From NCBI RefSeq assembly GCF_009914755.1, contig NC_060929.1: DNA of 64,000 nt, one strand, 5' to 3'. The notes under the pieces were generated by a model. That model searched no databases. It saw only the letters and a list, made by a program, of their open reading frames with translations, and was not told where the DNA came from. Every line of letters starts with the position of its first letter. The first letter of the stretch is position 1. This document shows, one piece after another, positions 39,415-53,739 of the stretch. The stretch is from the human T2T-CHM13v2.0 reference genome, Homo sapiens. Position numbers and translations under genes: made by a program.

Positions 39415-39865
39415 TATGAAAGGAAAATATCTTGGGCCCCCTAAATCACTAAGGAAAACTCAAGCTGGTAACTGCTTAGAGCAAATCTGCCTCCCATTCT
39501 ATTCAAAGTTATCCCTTTGCTCACTGAGATAGATGCATATCAGACTGCCTCCTTTGGAAAGGCTAATCAGAAACTCAAAAGACTGCATGGATTCCTCTCT
39601 CACCCATCTGTGACCTGGAAGCTCCCTCCCCTTTCTGCCCTTGCTTCAAGATGTCCTGCCTTTCCAGACTGAACCAATGTACTTCTTACATATATTGATT
39701 GATGTCTCATGTCTCCCTAAAATGTGTAAAACAAAGCTGTGCCCTGACCACCTTGGGCACATGTCATCAGGACTTCCTGAGGCTGTGTCATGGGCACATC
39801 CTCAACTTTGGCAAAATAAACTTTCTCAAGTAAATGAGACCTGTCTCAGATTTTCTAGGTTCACA
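39415..39865 (+). mobile_element. MER4A1-type ERV1 solo LTR
   Basis: tatgaaaggaaaatatcttgggcccc...ctgtctcagattttctaggttcaca; perfect 4-bp TSD GATC. Confidence 0.92.
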
Positions 39866-39895
39866 GATCTAACCAACTCTACTTTACTGTAAGGG

Positions 39896-40095
39896 CAGTG
39901 GTTCTTACCTGGGGTGATCTTGCCCTTAAGGGGACATTTGACTGTGTCTGTAGACACTTTTGGTTGTCACAACTTGGAGGAGGGGTGCTATTGGCATCTA
40001 GTGAATACAGAGACCAGGGATGCTACTATGCATCCCACAGTCCTACAATGCAAAGAACAGAACCCCATAACAAACAAAAATCCTACTCAAAGACA
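39896..40095 (+). mobile_element. MER20
   Basis: cagtggttctt...ggggacatttg...tttggttgtcacaact...tgctattggcatctagtg...ccagggatgct. Confidence 0.88.
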
Positions 40096-40285
40096 TTAGT
40101 GATTTACCTGATACTCTTTTTAGAGTTTCTTCATCTTTTAAAAGGGACCTGGAGAGAGACATTATTGACCTTATAACCCTGTCTCCTATAGTTTCAGATG
40201 TAAAATAGGACACAAGGCCCATCAGCTTTCAGAGATTCAAACATATTCAGAGATCTTTATCACATATGCACCTGCTGGCCCCTGC

Positions 40286-40288
<3 letters not shown>

Positions 40289-40330
<42 letters not shown>
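40289..40330. repeat. (CA)n microsatellite, about 21 units
   Basis: Direct CA run. Confidence 0.97.
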
Positions 40331-40334
<4 letters not shown>

Positions 40335-42552
40335 TAATCTCCAGAGAGGATAGGAGCAGAGACCAACACTGGCACTTAGAACTCTTATTCTCCTCATAAG
40401 TTCCACCTTCCAATCCAGTACCTCCTTTTGCCACGGTGGGGAAATTTTCTCTTAAAACAAAGAATTCTTCCAGAATTTGTAGTTCTACATCTCCGCATAG
40501 GGCTATAGAAGTTTTGAAAGTTCAAATAAGTTCAGAAATATAAAGATAACTATACACAGATAAATGGTTTTCTCTTAAATGCTTAGCTTTAGCAACATAA
40601 GTCAGCGATTTCAAAACTGTAGCTTCTGCTATAGGTTACAGATGGCTTTATAAAGAATCCAAAAATAAGGATTTGGATATTATTTTTGTGTGTCATTTCC
40701 ATTCTAATGGTCACAACAATAGAACACCTTTACCACCATTATGTGGTGGGAGAAATGTAAAAGGAAAACGAATATGGAAATATGTGTTTTAATAACAAGA
40801 TTTACTCTATAAATTTTTCTTCTAGTTTGTCTATAAGCCACCACAAAGGATGCTTATCATCTAATTTCTTCCCTTCTAAACAGGTGGAACTATGTTTCTT
40901 TCCAGAATCTGTTTCTTTAGAATGTAATGCTGAACTCACCAAGATTGTAGCAGCAAGTTCTAGATACTGGACAAAATGTTCACCTCCCTCCACTATGAGC
41001 CACTGCTGCTCGTTCCTCAGTGATTCTCACACCTGTCAGCTCCCCATCCCTCAGAGATCCTCAAGAGCCTCCACGTATGTGACTGTGACTCCACTGGCCT
41101 TCACTGACGGGGGTGAGCAAGTCACTGCTCAGATCCCAAGCCATGCCTGGTCTGACCCAGGACCAGGGCTGTATTGCCTAGTTTCCCTCAGGCTTCCAGA
41201 GACTTCCAGACACCCACTAGTTCCTGTTCAGTTGCCCATTCTCTTTATGATAAAACTGCTGTCAAAGTTTCATTTTCTCTTTAACAAACAAAAACTGAAA
41301 AGAAGGGCATACTACTGCTTGAAACTCTTAATGGTCATCATAGAAAGTTTCCCCCTCAAAGTCCTTCTCTCTTTTTAGTTAACATCACTGAAATCAGCCT
41401 TTCCTCTTAAAGGAAACTTCAATTCTTCTTAAACTTCACAGTCCAAGATAGAAGACTTGTACTTCCCCCCACTTCCATACACACAGTTTCTTACTTCTGC
41501 TGATTATTCTTTGGAAAGCTAAAACATTCTGCAGTAGATGTTCAAGCTAAATATTAGTATGTCCACTCCTCTAAATCAAAATGTGGCTCCTCTCTGCATA
41601 TACACACCTTTTCTCTCCTAGAATTGAAGTCAGAGTCTCAAGCTGCCTTGTTCCAATTCTCATGCAGGGTTTGTGATAGTCCATGGCACCCAAGAAGCTT
41701 CAAAAAGCTGGAAGAAGCAGATGTGAAGTGGGGAAAAAGAGATTTAATCTTTTCCTATAATTGAATTAGACATAGCACAGAACTCTCAACCCCCTCCCCA
41801 TGGGTCTGAAATTGTGAGAAAGGAGGGGTGCCCATAGGAAAATAAAATTTTTTGATGTTAAATGATATTAAGTGATACTTTAGTGATGTTGATTCTAAAT
41901 GACATGTTTTCTATTTCTTTTAAGTTTTTCTCCCATAATTATTTGATACTTCTCCCACCATTTAATTATCACTAATAGCTTTCTTCATTGTACTACCCAC
42001 AAAAGGAGGGTGAGCACATCTGAAAACCAAGGGATAGACTGAATTTCTGAATGGACTACTGTTGAACACATGGTATGGAAACAAAAGTAAGAGAAGCTTT
42101 ATGAGAAGAAAAGAGATTTTTGTTTGATTTGTTTGGTTTGGGAATTTTGTTTTCTGAAATTCAGAAGCTTGACTTTTCAAAGCAAGAAGAAAGCTAAAAG
42201 CTAGATTTTAGAATTTCAAAAATAAACAATAAAATGGAAGTGTTTACAGAATGATAATGTTTTCCAATCTTCACCCAAAACAAAAGTTCAATTAGAAAGT
42301 AGGAAGAGGGAAATTGGAAGAGGTGTGGCTATGATTTGGATCCTAGTGAGAGTATCCCCAAGAAATAAGGCAGAAGGATTAAACTTTTAGTTTTTCCAAA
42401 TAGTTTTAGTACAGATTTTGTAGGAAACAGATGTCAAAATGGAATTAGATGTGAAAGATGTTTATTGGGAAAAAAATCAGTGGTGAGGGAATATAAGGAG
42501 GAGGCCAGGAGAGTTGTCAGACCATGATGAAGCCCTGAGTCCTGTTGGGGAG

Positions 42553-42680
42553 AGGAAAGGCAGGCAGGCAGGCAGGCAGGCAGGAAGGAAGGAAGGAAGA
42601 GAGGGACGGAAGGAGGGAGGAAGGGAGGGGGAGAGGGAGAGAGGGAGGGAAGGAGGAAATTAGGGAGAAAAAGAGGGAGA
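42553..42680. repeat. (GGCA)n(GGAA)n / GA-rich purine tract
   Basis: Direct sequence. Confidence 0.9.
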
Positions 42681-42794
42681 AATGGAGAACATAGACAGTA
42701 GTATGTTCTAAGATTTTGGTAAAGCGTGTACAGGGAGTCCTTGAGTCAAAATCACCCATCAGATGAGCACCGTGTCTCCCAGATGATATTCAGA

Positions 42795-43787
42795 TATCAG
42801 GGAATCAGCCCCCAATATTTCAACATAGATTCTTTTCTATTTTCCCTAAGTGTTGGCCAGTCTGAGAAATAAAAGGAAAGAGTACAAAAGAGGGAAATTT
42901 TAAAGCTGGGTGTCCAGGGGAGACATCACATGTTGGCAGGTTCCATGATGCCCCCGAGCCGCAAAACCAGCAAGTTTTTATTAGTGATTTTCCAAGGGGA
43001 GGGGTGTACTAATCGGGTGTATGTCACAGAGATCACATGCTTCAAAGGCAATAAAATATCACAAGGCAAATTGGCAGGACAAGGCCAAGGCAAAAATAGA
43101 ATTGCTGATGAAGTTTCATGTCCCACTGTGCAAGCATTGTCATTGATAAACATCTTTACAGGAAACACTGTTCAAGAGCAGAGAACTGGTCTGACTAGAA
43201 TTCACCAGGCTGGAATTTCCTAATCCTAGCAAGCCTCGGGGCGCTGCAGGAGACCAGGGCGTGTTTCATCCCTATCTACAACTGCATAAGGCAGACACTC
43301 CCAAAGCGGCCATTTTAGAGGCCTCCCCCGGGAATGCATTCTTTTCCCAAGGCTGTTAATTATTAATATTCCTTACTGGGGAAAGAATTCAGTGATATTT
43401 CTCTTACCTGTTTTTGGCAATAAGAGAAATATGACTCTGTCCTGCCTGGCTCCCAGGCAGTCAGACCTAATGGTTATCTCCCTTGTTCCCTGAACATCGC
43501 TGTTATCCTGATCTTTTTTCAAGGTGCCCAAATTTCATATTGTTCAAACACACATGCTTTAGGAACAATTTGTGCAGTTAATGCAATCATCACAGGGTCC
43601 TGAGGCAACATACATCCTCAGCTTATGAAGATGATGGGATTAAGAGATTAAAATAAAGACAAGCATAGGAAATTATAAGAGTGTTGATTGGGGAAGTGAT
43701 AAATGTCCATGAAATTGTCACAATTTATGTTCTTCTGCTGTGGCTTCAGCTGGTCCCTCCGTTCGGGGTCCCTGACTTCCTGCAACA
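42795..43787 (-). mobile_element. MER11 (HERV-K11/HML-8) solo LTR
   Basis: Reverse complement starts TGTTGCAGGAAGTCAGGGACCCCGAACGGAGGGACC; perfect 6-bp TSD TTCAGA. Confidence 0.94.
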
Positions 43788-46530
43788 TTCAGACCTTAAT
43801 ATTTCTGCCATGGTCACTCATTGACTGGAAGGAGCTCCTGGGAAGTGTGGCCTCACTCAAACACAAGAATGCATTTCTGAACATGGCAGCTACAGTTATC
43901 AGTCACTATATACCTCACAGTCAGATCTGAGAGGCACATTTACATGACCCACACAGAAACTCAGATGGGCTTAGTATAAATCTTACAATATAAAGGACTT
44001 GGGCCTTGCCTCTAGCCTGGGAGACTACAAGCCTAGGAGTAAAGCCTCAAGTCCAATACAGCACCTGGGTGGTAGAGTACCAATGACAAAGAAAGAGGTT
44101 AAGCTAGAGAGGCCTAGTTTGGTATAGTAGAGCATCCACAAAGCTGGCTAGGAATGAGTTAGGGACCCATAGGATTTTGGTGTCAATGTAAGTATGACAC
44201 CAAATGACCCTGTGAACATACACAATAGCAGAAACCACTGATATTAGTCAACAATGCCAGTACACAATGTCTGAAAATCCAGTGGCACTAATCACATCTT
44301 AGTTGATATCAGAGCTCATCACCCAATGTTCAGCTAAGAAGAGAAGCTACACCACAACAAAGGTCAGTGCAGACAGGACACACCTCAATACTTGCAATGG
44401 TAGATACTCCATTAAGTGTTAGAGATAAGTAATTAAGGATAGATGCAGATACAGATACCTGAATGTGGAAGGTAGGGAGGCTAAACAAATGTTCTCATTT
44501 GGTGTAGAACTATATTTGTGTGTTTATGGTTTTTCCTCCTTTGACAAAAATGAGTTTTATACAATTGTTAGATGAGAATTTGATCCCATAATGTTTGGGA
44601 GGCTATTGTTAATCAGTGTCACATATGCAGTTAAACCTTCAGAGTACTAAGATAATTATGTTCATCTTAATTTCATTAATCAACAAACAGGGAATTTATT
44701 GCAATATTTATTTGTTTTTTCTTTTTTAATTTTATTTTAAGTTCAGGGGTACATTCTTTCTTATACTATATATGTTTTTAATTAGCTTGACGCTAATATA
44801 ACTGAATTGTTTGTAAGTTGCTAATAGTAAACAGGTTTGATTTCAAGGAAAAAATCTATTTCAATAAGAGTTGACTCAAGTGTTTTCAGAAGAAGCTCAG
44901 TCTTAGCTCTATTTAAACATGATAGTTTTCATCAACTGGGGAAGGATTCTGACGTTTCAGGAACTAGTATGACAACAGAAATGAATGGGAAATAGAGTGT
45001 CAGGGCTCTCTCTGGGAAACAGAGCTAGGAAGAAGTCAAGCCAGCATGCCCAACTGTAAGCATGTGTTTCCATGGGCCTCACCATTCTGGTGAGAACAAA
45101 TGAGCCCAAAGAAAACTTCACTTCTCCTGGTTCTATGCTATCCGCAATTTTGGGGCCTCCATTGTCTCCCATTCAAAGCACTGTTTCTTCTGGTAAGATT
45201 ATGTCTTCTAAGATAAGCACTAATTCCTCAATTGTTATATGATACTAGTCAGTATCAGCCACCCTCTTCCTTACATGGAAGTGCTTTGCTTAATGCTCCT
45301 AATAAAAGTGGAGTGGCAGCTTCCACTCCTGCCTCCCCACCTTAGTTCCAAGGAGAAGCATAATGCTTCCACTTGAGCTCTGTTTCTCCTCTCCTCCTCA
45401 TTCACATTATAAAAAAACAACATTTATGTTGATTCTTGAAGAAAAGAATGTTAAGAATCTGTCTCTGCTAAAGCCACTGTTGCCTAGCATTGAGAGCTTG
45501 ACTCTGCCTGAGCAGAGGCTTGAGCGGGTCCCAATGCAGTGAAACAGCAGTTTGTTCCTTAAAGAAGCTGTGCATTCATTGTTCTCTCCAGACATTGGAG
45601 AATTATGTGGTACTCACTAGAACATGGGCCCCAGGATGGTCTGAACTGTGTTAACTATTCCCACAGGAACTTCCATAAAGCAGTGTTTTTTATTTTTATT
45701 ATCTCTCCTTTCTTCTTAGGACTCAGGACTATCTGAGTGGCAGGTACCACCTTAAGCTCAATTGTTTCTCTCTCAAATTCATGGCAAACTCCTCACATCA
45801 GGGTGTATCTGTAGCTTCCCTTCCTTGGGGACGAGTTTTCTGCAGGTAGAAGCCTCTGAGCTCAGGCTTCCTGCATGGAACCCCCACACATGCCCCTGTG
45901 TTCCTGAGACTAAGTGTAAACATGAGCTCCAGATGGAAGTCTGCTCCAATTCCTTTATCCTTTCATTTGAACACATTTAGTGGGGTTCCTCTCTAATAAA
46001 TACTAAACTGTGTACAATATAAGAAAAAATGAGTGATTTCTTGCCTTCAAGAAATCTATGATCTTATCACACTGAAGAGCCCTGAGCATAAATGATTTCT
46101 GATCATGTGCAATGGGAGATCAGAGGAAGAAAAGATAATTTTCCATTAGAGACATCTGAGGAGATTTGTGAAAAATTTGACATTCAGGGCAGGCCATGAA
46201 AGATAGGTAGAGTTTGGATAAATTGCAACATTGTTGATGTCACCATCATCATAACTTTTCTCAAAAATATTTGTCCATGTTTAACATGGAGAAGAAGAAA
46301 GCCATGTGGGGGTATGACAGTGTTCTTTAAATATTTGAAGAGTTGTCAACATTATAGAAGGATTCGACTTCTTTGTAGCTGGAAAGAATGGAAAAACATC
46401 ACTGGATGGGAGATATATGAAGACAGGATTCAAAAAGAACTTTTTTTAAAATCATATCTACTGTTTTTTAAAAGGCTGCCTTGGGAACTACCTTATTAAG
46501 CACATGCGACTTATTTAGGATATCACAGAG

Positions 46531-47475
46531 CAGTGGTTCTCAAAATGGGGTTTCGAGACCCAAAGGTCCCTGAGACGTTTTCAGGGCATCCAGGAGGTAA
46601 AATCAAATATAATAATAATATTGTAGTAGGCAGAATGATGCCCCTCACTCTAATGATTCCAGTTTCAATAATAAGTGAATATATTATAATACATTACATG
46701 GCAAGGGGAATTCAGCTTGTTAATCATCTGACTTTAAGATGGATTGTACAGGTGGGCCAATGTAATCATGAAGGTCCTTAAAAGTGAAAGAGGGAAGAGG
46801 GAAGGCGAGAGATGGTGGTATAAGAAGGATTGGGCCCAACGTTGCTGGCTTTGAAGATGCACAAAGGGATCATAAACCAAGGAATATTGAAGCCCTTTTG
46901 AAGCTGCAAAAAAAAACAGGAAAACTGATTCTCCCCAAGTCAACAGAAGAAAACAGCCCTACCAAAACCTTTATTTTAGCTCAGTGAGACTAGTTTCATA
47001 TTTCTGACCTCTAGAACTGTAAGATAATAAATTTGTGTTGTTTTTAAGCCACTTTGTGGTAATTTGTTGCAGCAGCAACAGAAAACTAATACAAATACTA
47101 AAATGTTAATCTGGCTTTTTCACTCTCGTTTTCTCAGGAGTGTACAATGGGATTTTACAGGGGCTATTTGAATGCGGTAATACACCAGACTGAATTCAGA
47201 AGCAGATGTAAGAATCCAGCTGTCTTTCATTAAAAAGACATTAAAACGTTTTGTAAATATGTAAAACAGTACCACTCCTCTAACAAATTTTTGAAAAACA
47301 TAGTTATTTCCTATTAAAAATATTATTTATATTGACATGTGATGGGTCTAGAATTAAAATTCTAATATGGTAAATCTTCATAGTTGTAACCCACATAAAC
47401 AAAAGCTCTTTGGGGATTTCAATAATTTTTAAGTGTATAAAGAGGATACTGAAGCCAAAGAAGTGAGAACTACTA
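46531..47475 (+). mobile_element. hAT-Charlie element (MER119/Charlie4-type), split by MLT1D
   Basis: cagtggttctcaaa...; gaagcagatgtaagaatccagctgtc; aacccacataaacaaaagctctttgggg. Confidence 0.75.
46622..47093 (+). mobile_element. MLT1D LTR
   Basis: tgtagtaggcagaatgatgccc...gttgctggctttgaagatg...gaaaactaataca; TSD aatat/aatac. Confidence 0.88.
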
Positions 47476-48069
47476 TTATAATAGGAACGCCTAATTTTGA
47501 TGGATAGTTGTGTCCTTTCTATTTCCAGGATTATAAAATTATACAACAGAGACACAGCACAATGGATTTTCATGTGAAAGATGAACAGGAAACGTCATAA
47601 ATAAAAGTGTCATGTTGACACAAGAAGACTAGAGAGATGCACCACATGCATAATTCTGAAAGGATATTGGGGTTTGATGGGACCATGGGAAGCCCCAGCA
47701 CCAAGTTGTTTGAAATGAACAGTTGAGAGGTGAATGAACTGCAAATTACAGGTCACCCTTCTCGTACAAAATATAATCAACATCTTGAAGAAATGTTTTC
47801 TTGGGAACATTTAGGAGGTTCTAAAACTTTTATTCAGGAAAACTTAATCTTGAGAGCTGACCATTTATTTTCAATACTTCTTTACTCAGATATAAAAATG
47901 AGTGGCCTAGTGTGGAAGATTTCAATATTTCTAAGCCAAAACAGAATTACACTTTAAAACCATTCCAATGGATTGTTAAAGCTATAGTAATGTGTTACTT
48001 GGACACAGACCATTTACAGACTACTGTAATCAGCTGAGCACCAGGAAAAACACAAAAGAAGTTTTTCAG

Positions 48070-48846
48070 CAGCCTTTAACAACATCCAAGTCACCTCCTG
48101 AATGCTTTGCTGCTTAGAAATTTCTTTCACTAGATACCCTAAATCATCTCGCTCAAGTTCAAAGTTCCACAAATCTCTAGGGCGGGGCAAAATGCTACCA
48201 GTCTTTTTGCTAAAACATAGCAAGAGTCACCTTTGCTCCAGTGCCCAACAAATTCCTCATCTCCATCTGAAATCACCTCAGCCTAGACCTTATTGTCCAT
48301 ATCGCTATCAGGCTTTTGGTCAAAGCCATTCAACAAGTCTCTAGGAAATTCCAAACTTTCCCATATTTTCATGTCTTCTTCTGAGCCTGCTAGACTGTAC
48401 CAACTTTGGCCTGTTACCCAGTTTCAAAGTTGCTTCCACATTTTCTGGTATCTTTTCAGCAATACACCACTCTTCTGGTTCCAACTTACTGTATTAGTCC
48501 ACTTCCATGCTACTAATAAAGACATACCTGAGACTGGAAAATTTACAAAAGAAAGAGTTTTATTGGACTTACAGTTCCATGTGGCTGGGGAGGCCACACA
48601 ATCATGGTGGAAAGTGAAAGGCACATCTCACAGGGCAGTGGCAAGAGAGAGAATGAGAGCCAAGCAAAACAGTTTCCTCTTATCAAACCATCAGATCTTG
48701 TGAGACTTTCTACCAGGAGAACAGTATGGGGGAAACTGCCCCCATGATTTAATTATCTCCTACTGGTGCCTCCCACAACATGTGGGAATTATTGGAGTAC
48801 AACTAAAGATGAGATTTGGGTGGGGAAAACAAGCCAAACCATATCA
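48070..48846 (-). mobile_element. THE1 (B-like) 5' LTR (48490-48846) plus about 420 bp of internal region, truncated
   Basis: tgtattagtcc...gccaaaccatatca LTR, followed on the minus strand by THE1-int (gctttgctgcttagaaatttct...). Confidence 0.92.
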
Positions 48847-48870
48847 TATCAAACAAGCCAAACCATATCA

Positions 48871-49810
48871 AAGTGCTGCTGATTTTTGTATGTTGATATT
48901 GTAACCTGCAAAATTCAGATTGATTACTGAATTTGTCACTTCTAACAGTATTTTGTGAAGTCTTTAGGGTTATATATATATATATATGATCATGTTGTGA
49001 GCTAATAGAAACAAATTTACCTTTTTTTTTTTTTTTGTAGATGCCTTTTATTCTTTTCCTTGCCTAATTGCTCTGGGTAGAACTTCCAGAACTACTTTGA
49101 ATAGAAGTTGAAAGTGAAGATTCCTGTTTGTTCATGATTTCAGAGGAAAAGGTTTTAACTTTTCACTAGTAAGTATGATGTTATCGGTAGGTTTGTCACA
49201 TATGGTCTCTATTGTGTTGAACAAGTCATCCCTCCATATGAATGGGATCAAAATTTGTGGATTTAACCAAACACAGATTGAAATATGTTTTTTAAAAGAT
49301 GGTTGTATTTATAATGAACATATACATATTTTTTCTTGTTATTGTTCCCTAAACTCTACAGTATAGAGTTTAGGGAATAAACTATTTTTCAGTATAGAGT
49401 TTAGGGAATAAAACTATTTACATAGCATTTAAATTGTATTAGATATTATAGGTAATCTAGAAATAATTTAAAGAATAAAAGAGAATGTGCATAGGTAAAT
49501 GCAAATACAGCACCATTTTATATAAGGGACTTGAGCATCCATGGATTTTGGTAACCTCAGGGTCTCTGGAACCAATCCTCCATGGATACCAAGGGACAAC
49601 TCTATATTCCTTCTATACTTATTTTGTTGAGAGGTTCTAGTAAAATAATTGTAAACAAATATTGAATTTTCTCAAATGTCTTTTTTTGCATCTGTGGATT
49701 TTGTCCTTCATTTTATTAATATGGTGTATCGCATTTATTGATTTATGTATGTTGACTTATCCTTGCATCCCTGGGATTAATCCCATTGATCATGGTGAAT
49801 GATTTATTAC
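48871..49810 (-). mobile_element. L1M ORF2 (RT region) fragment hosting MER2
   Basis: ctgatttttgtatgttgat...cttgcctaattgctctgg...catccctggg..aatccca. Confidence 0.8.
49222..49602 (-). mobile_element. MER2 (Tigger MITE)
   Basis: aactatttacatagcattt...agggacttgagcatccatggattttggta...ggataccaagggacaact. Confidence 0.88.
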
Positions 49811-50343
49811 ATCTCCCTTTATAGAAGGAATTCAGAGAAAAACTATTTAAATAAGAAGCAGATTATTTTAATAAAGCTATGTTTTAAAATACTGTATTTA
49901 TTTTAACTAATTTGATCTCTTTTAGAGTTAGTTCAGAAATACTTTTCTTACCAAAGACTTACAAAGCCAAAATTTCTAGAGTTCATTGAAAAGAAGGGTA
50001 AAAGCCTCCAGTAAGATGCTTTGGAGAAAAGCCAAGTAAGTGGCCCAAAGAACGCAACCTGTACTCCACTAGAAAATGCCTCCAAGAATGAGGATAGAGC
50101 TGGATAGGAAAACGAAAGAGGACTGCCTGGTTTCTTTCTGTAATTTTTTTTTTCTCTTTTAGTGGCTGTTTTCTCCCCTTTGGTCTCAGAAAATCATTGG
50201 TTATTTCTGAATCCTCTTTCCCCCCGCCCCTCCAAACTTCTCTCCTTCTCTCTCTTCTCTTCCTCTCCCCTCCCATTCTTTTCCTTTTATCTTCGTTTCC
50301 TTCCAGAAGGCATTTCCTTTATTCTCATAAAGGAATATTATGA

Positions 50344-50996
<653 letters not shown>

Positions 50997-51981
50997 TTAG
51001 GCGCTTTCATTTTTTTCTTTTCTTTGTCAAATGTCTTTTCTGCATCTGTGGATTTTGTTATTCATTTTATTAATATGGTGTATCACATTTACTGATTTTT
51101 GTATGTTGAATTATCCTTGCAAATTTCTATAATTTGGCCAACTGCAATTTTTAATTTAGACCAAAACACTGAAAAAATTTTAAATTGAAAAGGCTTTAAA
51201 TTGCATAATAGTTCAGAAAAGAAATTGATTTAATTTTTTATTTATTTCTTTGCTTTTTATTTTAATGGTTAAGAACCTAAATGGTAAAAAATTATATATT
51301 ATACAAGTTCTCTGAGCCAGATAACTAGAATACATAATTAATATGATTTTTAAATTGTACTTTTAGGAAAAAAGACACGTACAACACAAAATGCTAATAG
51401 GGAGATATTGAAGGAAACTATATCTGAATTCTAAGAATGTTTTGGTCAATATATACTATGCGAACAAGTCTATTCTAAAGCATCAACATCCAAAGATCAC
51501 TGCTAAATACACTGGGAAATAAAGATCTCTACAGTTAATATGTCTGCCCTAAAATATCTCCCCATCTCTGCTGTGTGCACATATGCATGTGTAGTGACTT
51601 GCTCACTACAGGAATATGTGTCTCTTTGTCAAAATTACATTATAATCCTAAACTTTACACTATCCCTCTCTGTTTAAAAAGGATATTTCCCAACCTTACC
51701 TCTCTGAATCTACCCAGTAAAGTACTGAAATTTTTAAAAAGAAGGTGCTTCCTGGCTGGGTAATCCCCAAGTCAAAGAGAATAATGATTAATATAATTTT
51801 TCTTGTCCTCAGGGATGAACAGAAAACCAGCACACTGATGTAATACCTGTCTCATAGTTTTTGTAAAAACCAAATCACTGAGGGAAAAAGACACATTAAT
51901 GAATCTGCCAGTGAGTGCACAAACAGCTGTAGGAAAAATTATCACAGGTGCCAATATGAAGAGACAGGATAATTTGAGTAG

Positions 51982-52293
<312 letters not shown>

Positions 52294-52446
52294 AGGAAGT
52301 AGTCTTTTTAAAGATAAAATATCAAAGTCTCTTGAGTTCGCAAATATATAACAATATATTCTTTTTTCTAATCATTTAAAATCATTTAAATTATTAAAGC
52401 TAAAGCATAGTATCATAAGTAAAACAGAGAACAAAGCTCTATTTAA

Positions 52447-52836
<390 letters not shown>

Positions 52837-53739
52837 TACTGTCTTTTTCTATAAATATAAATCATCATGCTACTAATATACCTAGGTTAGTCCGGGTAAG
52901 CTCAGTTGACCCAAGGCCTGCAATAAGGAGCCTTGTGTTGTAAAAGATTGGATTTGAGCCCTTTGAGGCCAGATTGCTCTTCTCTGTCCTTGCCACAGTC
53001 TGTACCATTTCCTGATACCAAAGTCAATATTCTTTTCAAAGCCTAATGATTCTGCTTTATTAACTTTGAAGGGAAAAGGGCCAAATGAGGATGAGCACTT
53101 AGCTTTTAAGAGAGTCACTGCAATCATCTTTATTAAAATTTAAACTGTAACCACCTTTATTAAAATTTGATTCCATTAGCCATTTATTGAGATTATGCCT
53201 TTTCTCTGAATAACCCAGGAACTATGAAAATGAGCTCCAGAAATGAAACACAAATTCAGTTAAAAACACAACAGAGGACAAGACAGGTGAAAATCCCAGA
53301 AAATGGAAAGGGGACTCAACAGTGGAATAGCAGCTTATTGTCCACAAGACACCATATACCCAGGATTAAAGGAATTCTGCAGCTCTGTCAAGTTTCTTCT
53401 CTGACATAAGACTCTGGATCCCAGAATAAAGTCTTCAGGGAGCCTTGTCCTTAGGATTTTAGGAATGGTACTCCTAGTATGCAGGAAATATATTCTGTTG
53501 TTTGGCAGATTAGGGTAGTTCTACACCCAGGGAGTACCAATAATTTTTTAAAAAATCTCTAAACAGTAAAATGACACTACATAGGGGACATTGCAGCAGA
53601 GACTCCTGGCAGTTCCCCAGTCTAGTCTCTTTCTACTGAAGTTTTATATTCCTATTTTTAACTTGGCAAATGACTATACTTAAAAATGACTACAGTTTTC
53701 AGCTACTCTTCTTTCTACCTAGGGAGGGAAATGCAGCAA

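Larger units (their letters stand above)
42400..43955 (-). mobile_element. LTR33-like ERVL LTR split by MER11 and a purine-rich simple repeat
   Basis: gggagtccttgagtcaaa..cacccatcaga | ...gggaagtgtggcctca...agatctgagaggcacattt. Confidence 0.6.

Noticed and set aside
40782-41378. Longest ORF (198 aa) and the antisense 63-aa ORF at 40802-40993
   Set aside because: Ser/Leu/Cys-rich with no recognisable domain, promoter or exon structure; this length is compatible with chance in 64 kb.
44176-44204. 10-bp inverted repeat tttggtgtca-N9-tgacaccaaa
   Set aside because: Near chance expectation for a window this size, with no supporting context.
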